A DNA stretch of 64,000 nucleotides from an uncultured bacterium (GTDB taxonomy: Bacteria > Verrucomicrobiota > Verrucomicrobiia > Verrucomicrobiales > DEV007): NCBI GenBank assembly GCA_963977015.1, contig CAXBMO010000005.1:96001-160000 (forward strand), read 5' to 3'. The notes beneath the pieces are model-generated. The model was not told the DNA's origin. It made no database searches and saw nothing but the letters and a program-made list of their open reading frames with translations. How positions within the stretch are numbered: position 1 is the first letter of the stretch; each line of letters starts with the position of its first letter. Shown here piece after piece: positions 30,388-40,303 of this stretch. Position numbers and translations under genes: made by a program.

Positions 30388-33300
30388 CTAAAAGGAAAAG
30401 GGGTCATCCTCCATGGCCGGCGTGTCAGCATCCATGGAGAACGGATCCTCCGCCGCCGGGGCACCATCCCCCTCACGGCGTCTTAGTTCCTCGTCGTCCT
30501 GGGTGGCTGGTTGGGTCGGAATCGCAAAGGGATCACTGACCACTGGCGCGGCGTCTACCGTTCCGGTCGATCCGCTTGGCTGGCGCCCCTGCTGCATGGA
30601 GTAAAGTTCATTCATACTGTAGATTCTAAACCCTTGTGAAGCGGATTGAGTTTGAACGGTTCCTGCAAGCCTACTGCGGCGCGGCACTCTGACGATTGTG
30701 TATTCGCCTTCGAGCACCATATCCCCGCTACCTTCAACGGCACTTTCACCTTCCACTTCTCCGGCCGTTGCGGTGGAGTTTGTATCTTCAGGATTCACGA
30801 TCCGGTTCCATTCATCGCTGGTCCGGTAGATTTCCGTATTCGGATCCAGATAGGCATCAACCGCAGCCTGCTGAGTTGGGCTCAACCCAACGAGCGTCTG
30901 AGTGCCGGAGTCATTTGACACCACCTTAACGTTCGGAGGCAAGGTAATGAGGACTGCGTTCTTGCCGCGACCAATCACGATCGCCAGGCCGCCATCGCCA
31001 CCTCTTCCACCACCGCCCCCAACACCGGGGGTGCCGGGGAGAAGTGCTCCGGGAGGTGCGTAGTAAACCGTGTAACCACGACCACCACGATAGCCGACCA
31101 ACAATCCGTTGATGTCTTCCCCAGCCGCAGGCGTGAAGCCGCCCGTGGGAAGCCCTCCCGTCGGCGTCCCACCGCCCACGACCGTGCCGTTTCCACCTTG
31201 TGGTGAAACATAAGGATCTCCGGACACGCTATCCGTGAACTGGAATTCTGCGGCATAGAGTTCGTCGCTGGTCCGCAACTTCGCCACTGAGCTGACCGGG
31301 TTCAAAATCGTATTATCCGAGAATGAACTCTGGAAGGCCTCTCCCGAAGGGTTTGTGTAGGAGGTTCCGTTGAGGCGGGTTCCATTCGCAATGCGGTTGC
31401 TGTTCAACTCCGATCCCAGATCCGGACCGATCGGCAAGTCTCGTCCGGTATCGTTTGGAGTCCGGTTTGGAAGGTAGATTCTCAACTCACTGATCAAGCC
31501 GGATGAGAAAGTCGGCAATACGGTTCGAGTCGTAGGCGAGTCAACCGGCCCAGACTGCACGTCAACCGTTCTGGTGGTCAACGTGCCTGCGCCTTCGATA
31601 AACGGATTGTTCCGGCCAACGGCAATAAAGGTATCCCCCTCAATCGCAAGAGCAGAAGAGATTGAAGAGTCCGCGTGACCGATCTGGCCGCCATTGATGG
31701 TCGCATCCTCGCCAACGGCAACGTTGATATTGCCTTCCCGGAATCCCGTTCCGGATTCATTGTTGTTGGAGAACATGTAGTCGCCATGACCAATCTTGAC
31801 GTAGGCGTTTTGGCCTGCGCCTCCGGCGGTTCCGGCGGTATCCCCTCCCAGGCCATCAGGAGTCGTGATCCCACCGTCGCCCGTATTCATGATGAGGTCG
31901 TTGCCGACCACCACGTTGATATCTCCGCTCATTCCAACCACGGAACCAATGGTTCCCGGGCCACCATTCCCGATTTGCGCGACGGCGAAACCGCCACCAG
32001 CACCGGGGTTCGCGGTTTCGTCCGCGATCAACACCACTCCCTTGGCGACATTACTCAGGACATCTTCCTCAAACCGATTGCCGCTCTCCATGAAGAGGTT
32101 ATTGCCGGCAATCACATTGATGTCACCACTGTGATCCCCAATTTGCGGACGATCAAAGAGGCCCTGCTCGATCCGCGAACCGCCGTAGTAACTGGAAGCG
32201 TTACCAATGATGGCGTAGGCACTGTAACCTCCACCTCCATCCAGGGTGATATTGTTCAACGCAGCGACTGAGATGTTGCCATCGGTATTTCCGGTGCGTC
32301 GCGCATCATCCGGGTTGGCCGAATGTCCAATCTGAGCGAAATTGCTCGAGTTATAGAGCGAAGTATCGAAGTTGATGGTGCTGGAGACCAATGTATTGGC
32401 ATAGCGCTCGCCCCCGCGAAGGGTTACGTCGTTGGCGGAGTTCACGACCACATCTCCCGTAATCGTTCCAATACTTTCGGAACGTGCGCCGCCATGCCCG
32501 ATGAGGGCAAAGGCAAAGTCGCCATCCCCGGCTTCCGCCGTGACGTCACCATCGGAGCCGGATTTCACGCCCAAGGCATCAATGGTGATGTTTCCATCAT
32601 AGGAGATTCCCCGGTTGCTGGCTCCCGACTGGTAACCGCCATGGCCGATCATGCCATAGGAAGCAAATTCGTTCAGCCAACTGGCGGCGGGCTCAGTGAA
32701 GATCTGGTTTCCGGAAGGATCCGTCGGAATCAGCCAATCAGAAGTGCTTGGAGCATCCCCGCCTCTGACCGTCACGTCGCCACCCGCCAGCACCGAAATA
32801 TCACCGGCAATCAAATCCGTATCGAGATTGGGACCGCCATCCATGTATGAACCGCCATGTCCAATTTGCGCCATATCCAGGCGATGGTCACCGGCCAGAA
32901 CATTCACATCACCGAGAGCGGCGCTAACGGAAATGCTCGCATCAATTTCCATGTCGTTCTGGATACCGCCATGTCCAATCCTCACCCAACGTTGCTCACC
33001 ATTGCGGATATTCGTGGTCCCGTTGGCATCACGACCGACGTAAATCTGGGTCTGGTTCGATTGACGAATCTGAGTGGCCACATTGGGACCGCCCTGAAGG
33101 GTGAGATCCCCCTGCTGAGCCGTCACTGAAATATCCGCATTGTTGACGGTCACTTCCGCAAGCGTGTCGTTGACGTGGCCATAACCGCCATGACCAACCA
33201 TGGCAAAAGAGTGATTCCGAATCCCGGCCAGCATGTCAATACCGCCGTTGACATCAATCGTGACATCCCCCAGATAGCTCTTGGATTTGCCTTGATCAAC

Positions 33301-36300
33301 ACGTCCGCCCGTTCCGGTAACCCAAGCCTCTGTGCCTCCGATCGCGTTATATTCCTCGGTTCCTCCATCATTGTAACCGTATGGGATAAAATTCCCATCC
33401 GCATCGACCCGAAGTCCCCGGTTGGCCCCATTTCCTCCCCCGAAGTTGTTTACAATCGGATCGATATACTGGCTGCGCTGATCATCGTATCCGCCGTGGC
33501 CAATCATGGCATAGCTGCGGTTTCCGTTTCCGCCCTGGAGGCTGAGCCCCATTCCATCCACGAGATTTCCGCGATTGTCGGCCAGCGTATAAATCTGGGC
33601 GGTATTGGCATTCAACGCATCGAAGAACCCGGTTGAAGTTACGGAGATAATGCCCTCAAGCGTGCCATTGTTGGAGTAGTTGCCGCCGTGGCCGATCTTG
33701 GCGAAATTATCCTGCACATCAAGGGAGCCGCGTCCGGCATTGATTTCGTAATCCTGGGACAGGTCCGGATCGCTGATGATCACCTCCCATGCTCCCACTT
33801 GGGAACTTGGTTCAATTCCGCGGACGAAGTCACCGGCGCGCACATCAATCAACCCATTGGCGGAAACCGTAATGTCTCCTTTGTGTCCATCGTCGATGAA
33901 AATGCTCTGAATTTCCGTGGAACGACCACCGTGGCCAATCATGGCATAACTCTCTCGGGCACTTTGAACAGGGGCAGGGAGATCGATCGTAACATTGTGA
34001 TCGTCAGCAGCAAGACCTGCTGCCCCACCCTGGACTTCAACCGTCCACTCGTCGATCTGTCCGGTTTCATAGAATCGGTTGCCGGGCGCGCTCCGCGCAT
34101 CACCAATTCCATTGTTGTAAAGCTGATTGGTCTGGGCTGCGATCAAGCTGACATCCCCGCCGGCTGTCAGCGTAATGTCGGAAGCCCCCAACACTCCCAT
34201 GCCGCGGGAAGCGCTTCCCGACTGGGAGTTGGCACCGTTCCGCGAATCAAGCCGAGCCTCGGAATCATGTCCACCATGTCCGAGTTGAGCAAAGTTGCGA
34301 TCCCCGGTGCTCTGACTCTGTCCCGTGGTGTTGTAGAGCGGTCGTCCGACATTGCGATTGTCGTTGCCACCGCCCGTTCCTGACGTTGGAGTGCTCGCCT
34401 GATTCTCATACTCAATCCCATCCCAACCTCCGGTGGCCTGCATACGGAAGTCACCGGTAACACTGACATTGATCAATCCCCAGTGATCGCCTCGGGCAAC
34501 CCGCCCGCCATGGCCAATCATCGTGAAGTTATCGTTGCCGTTGTGTTCCTGATTTACCTCCAAGGTTCCCTGGCCCGGACGAAGCAATCCATCCGCAATC
34601 TCGTCTCCTTCCGGATTCAACTCCTCAATGGCACCAGCCGCAAAGTCCACATCGCCACCGGCTACAATGTTGATGTCACCATTGTGGCCCTCATTGGCAT
34701 TCGCCATCATATTGTAGCCCCCGTGACCGACTTGGGAGAAGGCCCGGTTCCCGCGGAATCCACTGCGGAAGGTAACGTCTCCTCCAGCGTTGACCGAAAT
34801 GTCTCCAGAGAAAGTTCCCCGAATCGCACTGACGCGACGGTAGTTCGGACGTTGATCGCGTTCATCGGTGCCGTCACCATCGAAGTCGAAATCTTCGCTG
34901 TAGGACACCGTATTCACGGTAGTCGTGCCATTTCCCTCGTCGCGAATTCCATTGGCGTTCATGTCGATCGCAGGGGTGCGACTCCAAGTATCGCCGCCAT
35001 CACCGCCATGTCCGAGCATCGCATACGCCCGTTCGCGGCCCGCATACATCTCAACGTCTCCGGTGGCATTGGCGACAATGTCACCAATGTAGTTGCCGGC
35101 CCCTTCATAGGAACCATGTCCGACTTGAACATACGAATAGCTACCACGACCATAGTTGGCAGCCGATCCATGAGTCGCCGACACATCCGTTTCCAAGATG
35201 CGGTCAAAGGTGATGTTTCCGTTGCCGGCATTCACGGTGACGTTACCGACAAGATCACCACCGGTCGCGCTACCGTTGTAGATATCCCCATTTCCATCTG
35301 CAGCACGCGTCACGATTCCACCATGACCAACTTTGGCGAAGTTGTAATTGCCGGACCCTGCCCGGAAGATGACAGCGCCATTCTCCGCATTTACGTTGAT
35401 CGTCCCGGATAATCCTTGGCGATGAGCGATGAAGTCCGCCGTAATCCCGGCATCGCCTTCCGGCAGGATTTCACCCGTGTTCGGATTGATGTAGAGCGCC
35501 GTATTCCCAGTTGGGTTGCTTGTGTTCGCTCCACCACTTGAATCTGCGTATTGCTGGAAGGCCTGGCCATCCCAGCGAACGTAGCCATCAGCCGCCGCTG
35601 CTTCTTTACTGGCATAGGGCAAAACCCGTCCCGTTTGAGGATGAATGTAAAGCGGAGTTCCGTCAGCCGCCGCATTCCCGGTGCTGTCCAACACCGTTCC
35701 CAACTGCGTATCGACGGACTGCTGCCAATCCAGAGGAGTGCCAATGGTATTCACTTCGCGCATGACGCGGCCCCCTCCACCGACACTGCCATCGGTTGCG
35801 AAACCGTAAGCATCACTCCCTACCCCAACTCCGTCAGGATCATTCGCCAATACGATCTGTTCGTCCAAATTCACCACCGCCGTCAAGTCACCTCCAGGGC
35901 GTACTTCATCATAAAGCAACGTATCGCGATCCCCACGGTCGTTTTGCAGGGTCAACGGCACATAGAGAATTTCACTGGATACATCCGCCACCTTTTCGTC
36001 ATCCACCGTATCCGGCGTAACCGTCAATTGCCCGGTTGTTGGGTCGCGATAGACCGACTGCGCATCAAAAATGGGAACATCGTCAATTCCATCAGGACTG
36101 GTGACGACTTCTCCCGTGGTCGGATCATACCAAAGAGGCGTCCCTGCCGCGACCACATCGGTATAGGTTGCATCCTGCGTCGTCGAGACCAAACCCGTCG
36201 TGGTATCAAAATAGAAGGCCGTTCCACCGGTGTTGGTAACCTGATATTGCCTCACGAGAATCTGGGTATCCGCCCAAGCCTCGGGAGAACTCGAGTTATA

Positions 36301-39300
36301 ACCGCCATGGCCAATCATCGCATAGGAGCGATCCCGACCGGCATTTCGGCTGAGATCATCCGATGCCAGCATCTCAATGTTTCCGGTCGTCGCAACGACA
36401 TCGATGTTCCCGGAGTGGGCGCCACGAACATTGTACCCACCGTGACCGATTTGAGCCCAGGCATCATGATCATTGCCCCCAATCATGGTGATTGAAGATC
36501 CCCTTACGGTGACGTCACCGGTTGCGGTTCCGCCATCGTTACCCCGCAAACCGGTTCCAACGTTGTTCTGGCCTTGGGTCGTCCGATCCAGAATCGCGAT
36601 TCCACCATGACCGATTTGAATATAACCGCGACGACCGTCAGTGTCGTTTTGGGAGCCAAAAATTGAGTTTTCGGCGATCACGCGAACGTCCCCCGTCATG
36701 TTGCCATCATTGCGGTGACCACCATGGCCGATTTGGACGCTACTTCCGGTTCCTCCGGAGGTCATTACGATTGAATTGGCCTCGACGTCAATGTTTCCGG
36801 ACTTATCTCCATGGCGCGTTGGCGCACCGCCCCAGTCTTCGACAACACCTCCGTGACCGATCATGGACGAACCGCGGTTCGTGGAACCCTGCATGATCAA
36901 CGCCCCGCCTGCCCGGACGGTGATATTACCATGGGCGTCGGCATCGGGCATTCCGCCCTGCCGGTTGTCCTCATAACCACCGTGCCCGATCTGCGTGGCA
37001 CTCTCATTGTTGCTCAAAAGGATGATGTTCCCCTGCATGTAGACATTGATGTCTCCCGCATTGGCATTGCCCAGGGCGGTGTTCCCCACCATCCCCTTGC
37101 CGGTTGCGCCCGCCACGGCGCTCGTATCGAGGTTCAAGGCCCGCAGGTTGACATCGCCGTCGTCAATCCTCCGGTCCAACTCATGCATGTTCCAGCCCAG
37201 CTGCGCGGAGTTTCGGGTACTGGCCGTGAACATGGTAAGATCGTTTCCGAAGACGTTGGTCTCACCGTGAGCAGATGCGATGGTCGCCACTGTATCGTCG
37301 TCACTCACCGCATTGTAGACGACATTTCCCTGACCACCGGTTCCCCAGGTCCCGTAGGTATTCGCAAGAATGTCGGCTACGCTGATGTCGCCAGCGCTCT
37401 GCACCTGACCTCCAAGCGCGTCGGTCGTAGCATTGTTGGTGAATAGCCCAACTCCACCGCCGCTCCATCCTGCGACCACGTTCACGTTACCGATTCCTCC
37501 GTTCCGCACACTCGCACTTCCATCGAGGATGAAGTCTCCATGAGCGAAAAACGAAATCGAATTGGGACTTTGGAAGTCGACATGGCTTTGGTGAGCAATG
37601 GTGATATCGCCGGGCTCCGCTCCCGTGCCGGAAGTGTGGATCACCACATTGGAACTACCCAACGCGGTTACGATCGAAGCCGCGCTGATTCCGGACGTTC
37701 CGTCATCGATGAGAACGTCCACCGGGTCCAGAAGCAGGGTTCCATCAGCGCCGGTTTCACCGGAGGCAATGACGTTCCCGCTGAACTTCAGGCTCCCCAA
37801 TCCGGAAACCTCAGCCAAACCGCCGTCCACAGCCCCGCTGACATCGATACTTCCGCGAAAGTCCGTCGCGCCATCCGCCCAAACCGCTACCTGACCACCA
37901 TTTCCGGTCCCACCACTGGCACGAACCACCGCACCCATGGCAACATTCGTGTTCTGTGCATTGCGCAAATTCGGGTCATTTCCCTGAAAACCACCGCCAA
38001 TATTGGCAAAGCCGCCATCGGTCGCGCCGGTGACATCCACCACCGCATTGGCTCCCAGGCTGACTTCGTTACCCGTCAAATTCACCAGACCACCCGAGCC
38101 GCTGTTTCCGATCGCACTCACGGTTCCGTCCACATTCATTTGGTCTGAAGCATCAAGCGCCACGCTTCCGCCGGATTCACCATTCGCGCTGATGTTTGCG
38201 CCGAGTCCGACGTTCACATTCTGTGCCGATGCGGTTACCGAACCACCCAGCCCCTCAGAGCTGTTCGCCTGAATGCCACCAAGGATGTTGATGTTGTCTC
38301 CGGCGGTCAAATCGACCATTCCTCCGGCTCCAGTCGTTCCATTCGCGGTAATCTGTCCCGCCGAGGTCAGGTTGCTCTGTGCCATGGCCGAAACCGACCC
38401 CGCGCTCACCCCACTCACGTCCACCGATCCAGTTGGCGTGATGTTGATGTTTCCACCGGCAATGGAAGCCGTGCCGCCGGCACCATCGCGACTGACTGCG
38501 GCGATCGCGCCGCCAACCACAACTTCACCCGTGGCCGTAAGCTTCACTGCACCGGCATCGCCAACCGTAGCCCCAACATTCACCGTCGAACCGGGAGCCA
38601 TTGCAATGGAGGAAGTCGTTGGCAAAAGCGGATCCGTTCCATCCGACCCAATATTGATCGCGCCACCACCAAGTTCACCCGCAGCCGAGACGGTTGCATC
38701 AGGCATGAGATCCACCGTGCTACCAATGATATCAACCGAACCAGCCGTGGTCTCGCCATTTGCAGCAACCATGCCACCGATATTAATCGCTCCATCGGCA
38801 ATGATGTCGATATCGCCACCAACGGTTCCGCTGGCGTCCACAACGCCCGTCGATTCGATCCCACTATTGTCAGCCCGCAGCAAAATGCGGCCACCGCTTC
38901 GATCAGAACTGTTCGCCCGAATCGTTCCCCGGTTTTGAACGGCCATGGACATGGCATTTCCGGTTGAGGCCAAAATCGCTTCCGCGCCTTCCACGGTTCC
39001 GGTCTCACCAACGGTGATGTGCCCCATTCCCACCGCGCCGGTCACGAACACGTTTCCGCCGCGCCCCTGCTCAATCAGAACTTCACCGCCCCGAGCCAAA
39101 ACCACGCGGTTATCGATTCCGCCGATTGCCCCGTTGATTTCAATATTGTGCGCCACCACATAGATTTCGCCCCCGTCAGCGGCCTGAATGGTTCCGTTGG
39201 TAATAATGGAAGCCTGGCTGTTTCCCTGCAGCAGGACATCTCCCCCGTTCAAAAAGACGTCATTGCTTACATCCAAGGTCGAAAGCAGCAGCCCCCCCAC

Positions 39301-39681
39301 ATCGATCATTCCATTGGGTCCCTGAATGATTCCGTTGGGGTTGATGAGCCAAACTGTGCCGTCCGCTTCAAGAAGTCCGTTGAGGGAGGAAATCCCAGCC
39401 CCAGTGACGCGGTTCAACGAAGCGCCGGTCCGGCCCATCTGAAAAATCGTGGACTGACCTTCACCAATCGAAAAATCGTCCCACTCGATGATCGACTTTT
39501 TGGAACTCTGCAAAATGTTGAGCGTATCGCCGTCCAGTTCAAAACTGATTTCACCCGATATAATGTTTGCTCCGTCCGGATTGGGATTTGCGTAGGTCGC
39601 GACGGGCAACCAGACAAAAGACGGAAACAGCGCCAGCAAAATGGCTTTCTGTAAAAAGAGATTCTTTCTCAAGGGTTTCAT
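30388..39681 (-). CDS. Large filamentous-haemagglutinin-like (TpsA) exoprotein 2 with IGHGG repeats (3097 aa)
   Basis: Signal peptide, TPS domain (IIEWDDFSI...LNRVTG...WLINPNGI), TLLLDP motif shared with TpsA-1, and about 25 IGHGG-type repeats. Confidence 0.87.
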   Translation of the reverse strand: MKPLRKNLFLQKAILLALFPSFVWLPVATYANPNPDGANIISGEISFELDGDTLNILQSSKKSIIEWDDFSIGEGQSTIFQMGRTGASLNRVTGAGISSLNGLLEADGTVWLINPNGIIQGPNGMIDVGGLLLSTLDVSNDVFLNGGDVLLQGNSQASIITNGTIQAADGGEIYVVAHNIEINGAIGGIDNRVVLARGGEVLIEQGRGGNVFVTGAVGMGHITVGETGTVEGAEAILASTGNAMSMAVQNRGTIRANSSDRSGGRILLRADNSGIESTGVVDASGTVGGDIDIIADGAINIGGMVAANGETTAGSVDIIGSTVDLMPDATVSAAGELGGGAINIGSDGTDPLLPTTSSIAMAPGSTVNVGATVGDAGAVKLTATGEVVVGGAIAAVSRDGAGGTASIAGGNINITPTGSVDVSGVSAGSVSAMAQSNLTSAGQITANGTTGAGGMVDLTAGDNINILGGIQANSSEGLGGSVTASAQNVNVGLGANISANGESGGSVALDASDQMNVDGTVSAIGNSGSGGLVNLTGNEVSLGANAVVDVTGATDGGFANIGGGFQGNDPNLRNAQNTNVAMGAVVRASGGTGNGGQVAVWADGATDFRGSIDVSGAVDGGLAEVSGLGSLKFSGNVIASGETGADGTLLLDPVDVLIDDGTSGISAASIVTALGSSNVVIHTSGTGAEPGDITIAHQSHVDFQSPNSISFFAHGDFILDGSASVRNGGIGNVNVVAGWSGGGVGLFTNNATTDALGGQVQSAGDISVADILANTYGTWGTGGQGNVVYNAVSDDDTVATIASAHGETNVFGNDLTMFTASTRNSAQLGWNMHELDRRIDDGDVNLRALNLDTSAVAGATGKGMVGNTALGNANAGDINVYMQGNIILLSNNESATQIGHGGYEDNRQGGMPDADAHGNITVRAGGALIMQGSTNRGSSMIGHGGVVEDWGGAPTRHGDKSGNIDVEANSIVMTSGGTGSSVQIGHGGHRNDGNMTGDVRVIAENSIFGSQNDTDGRRGYIQIGHGGIAILDRTTQGQNNVGTGLRGNDGGTATGDVTVRGSSITMIGGNDHDAWAQIGHGGYNVRGAHSGNIDVVATTGNIEMLASDDLSRNAGRDRSYAMIGHGGYNSSSPEAWADTQILVRQYQVTNTGGTAFYFDTTTGLVSTTQDATYTDVVAAGTPLWYDPTTGEVVTSPDGIDDVPIFDAQSVYRDPTTGQLTVTPDTVDDEKVADVSSEILYVPLTLQNDRGDRDTLLYDEVRPGGDLTAVVNLDEQIVLANDPDGVGVGSDAYGFATDGSVGGGGRVMREVNTIGTPLDWQQSVDTQLGTVLDSTGNAAADGTPLYIHPQTGRVLPYASKEAAAADGYVRWDGQAFQQYADSSGGANTSNPTGNTALYINPNTGEILPEGDAGITADFIAHRQGLSGTINVNAENGAVIFRAGSGNYNFAKVGHGGIVTRAADGNGDIYNGSATGGDLVGNVTVNAGNGNITFDRILETDVSATHGSAANYGRGSYSYVQVGHGSYEGAGNYIGDIVANATGDVEMYAGRERAYAMLGHGGDGGDTWSRTPAIDMNANGIRDEGNGTTTVNTVSYSEDFDFDGDGTDERDQRPNYRRVSAIRGTFSGDISVNAGGDVTFRSGFRGNRAFSQVGHGGYNMMANANEGHNGDINIVAGGDVDFAAGAIEELNPEGDEIADGLLRPGQGTLEVNQEHNGNDNFTMIGHGGRVARGDHWGLINVSVTGDFRMQATGGWDGIEYENQASTPTSGTGGGNDNRNVGRPLYNTTGQSQSTGDRNFAQLGHGGHDSEARLDSRNGANSQSGSASRGMGVLGASDITLTAGGDVSLIAAQTNQLYNNGIGDARSAPGNRFYETGQIDEWTVEVQGGAAGLAADDHNVTIDLPAPVQSARESYAMIGHGGRSTEIQSIFIDDGHKGDITVSANGLIDVRAGDFVRGIEPSSQVGAWEVIISDPDLSQDYEINAGRGSLDVQDNFAKIGHGGNYSNNGTLEGIISVTSTGFFDALNANTAQIYTLADNRGNLVDGMGLSLQGGNGNRSYAMIGHGGYDDQRSQYIDPIVNNFGGGNGANRGLRVDADGNFIPYGYNDGGTEEYNAIGGTEAWVTGTGGRVDQGKSKSYLGDVTIDVNGGIDMLAGIRNHSFAMVGHGGYGHVNDTLAEVTVNNADISVTAQQGDLTLQGGPNVATQIRQSNQTQIYVGRDANGTTNIRNGEQRWVRIGHGGIQNDMEIDASISVSAALGDVNVLAGDHRLDMAQIGHGGSYMDGGPNLDTDLIAGDISVLAGGDVTVRGGDAPSTSDWLIPTDPSGNQIFTEPAASWLNEFASYGMIGHGGYQSGASNRGISYDGNITIDALGVKSGSDGDVTAEAGDGDFAFALIGHGGARSESIGTITGDVVVNSANDVTLRGGERYANTLVSSTINFDTSLYNSSNFAQIGHSANPDDARRTGNTDGNISVAALNNITLDGGGGYSAYAIIGNASSYYGGSRIEQGLFDRPQIGDHSGDINVIAGNNLFMESGNRFEEDVLSNVAKGVVLIADETANPGAGGGFAVAQIGNGGPGTIGSVVGMSGDINVVVGNDLIMNTGDGGITTPDGLGGDTAGTAGGAGQNAYVKIGHGDYMFSNNNESGTGFREGNINVAVGEDATINGGQIGHADSSISSALAIEGDTFIAVGRNNPFIEGAGTLTTRTVDVQSGPVDSPTTRTVLPTFSSGLISELRIYLPNRTPNDTGRDLPIGPDLGSELNSNRIANGTRLNGTSYTNPSGEAFQSSFSDNTILNPVSSVAKLRTSDELYAAEFQFTDSVSGDPYVSPQGGNGTVVGGGTPTGGLPTGGFTPAAGEDINGLLVGYRGGRGYTVYYAPPGALLPGTPGVGGGGGRGGDGGLAIVIGRGKNAVLITLPPNVKVVSNDSGTQTLVGLSPTQQAAVDAYLDPNTEIYRTSDEWNRIVNPEDTNSTATAGEVEGESAVEGSGDMVLEGEYTIVRVPRRSRLAGTVQTQSASQGFRIYSMNELYSMQQGRQPSGSTGTVDAAPVVSDPFAIPTQPATQDDEELRRREGDGAPAAEDPFSMDADTPAMEDDPFSF

Positions 39682-39885
39682 AGCAATGTTCGGGGAGTTT
39701 TTCGCTTTTGGGGGACCTAAACTAAGAATTCCGCAACTTCCTGAAAGCGGCTTTCACTCAGGAATTGTCTCGGTTCACGCGGGTGTGACGTTTCAAAAGT
39801 CCAAAATTAATTTTGTATCCAGGTTTCTCGGCGCAAGGACCGGAACCTTCCTAGAAACTGAATTCGGTGACTTTTGTCAATCAAA

Positions 39886-40263
39886 TCAGCGCACTTGGGA
39901 CAAATCAGACAATTCCACCCAATATCCATCGGGATCGATCAGAAAGATTTGCCAGGCACCATCCGGTCTCCGTTGAGGCCCGAGAGCGATTTCCGCACCT
40001 TTTTGGACGAGTTCGTCACGAGCCGCTTCAATATCCGGCACCTCGAACGCGAAATGCGCGCCCCGGTGATGTGAGATGACCTCAACGTCGAGTCCACAGA
40101 GCAAATGCAGTTCGCGAGTTGGGCCCAGCTTGTACCAGGCGCCCTCAAAATCGAAGTCGGGACGCTTTTTAGGCTCCAATTCCAGCAACTCGCCATAAAA
40201 CCGCTGACTCGCCTCGAGATCCTTTACGTGAATGGCAACGTGATTGAGATCAGTGATCGTCAT
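39886..40263 (-). CDS. VOC/glyoxalase-family protein
   Basis: LNHVAIHVKDLEASQRFY...HFAFEV...QIFLIDPDGYWVEL. Real start taken as MTITDL (40263). Confidence 0.9.
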   Translation of the reverse strand: MTITDLNHVAIHVKDLEASQRFYGELLELEPKKRPDFDFEGAWYKLGPTRELHLLCGLDVEVISHHRGAHFAFEVPDIEAARDELVQKGAEIALGPQRRPDGAWQIFLIDPDGYWVELSDLSQVR

Positions 40264-40303
40264 GCGACGAACCAACGGCGGATCGCCCTGATTCGCAACG
40301 CCC

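Noticed and set aside
29820-30486. Small ORFs between the two TpsA genes as immunity proteins
   Set aside because: They are mostly on the opposite strand, overlap each other, and show no protein-like features; the TpsA C-termini also lack toxin domains.
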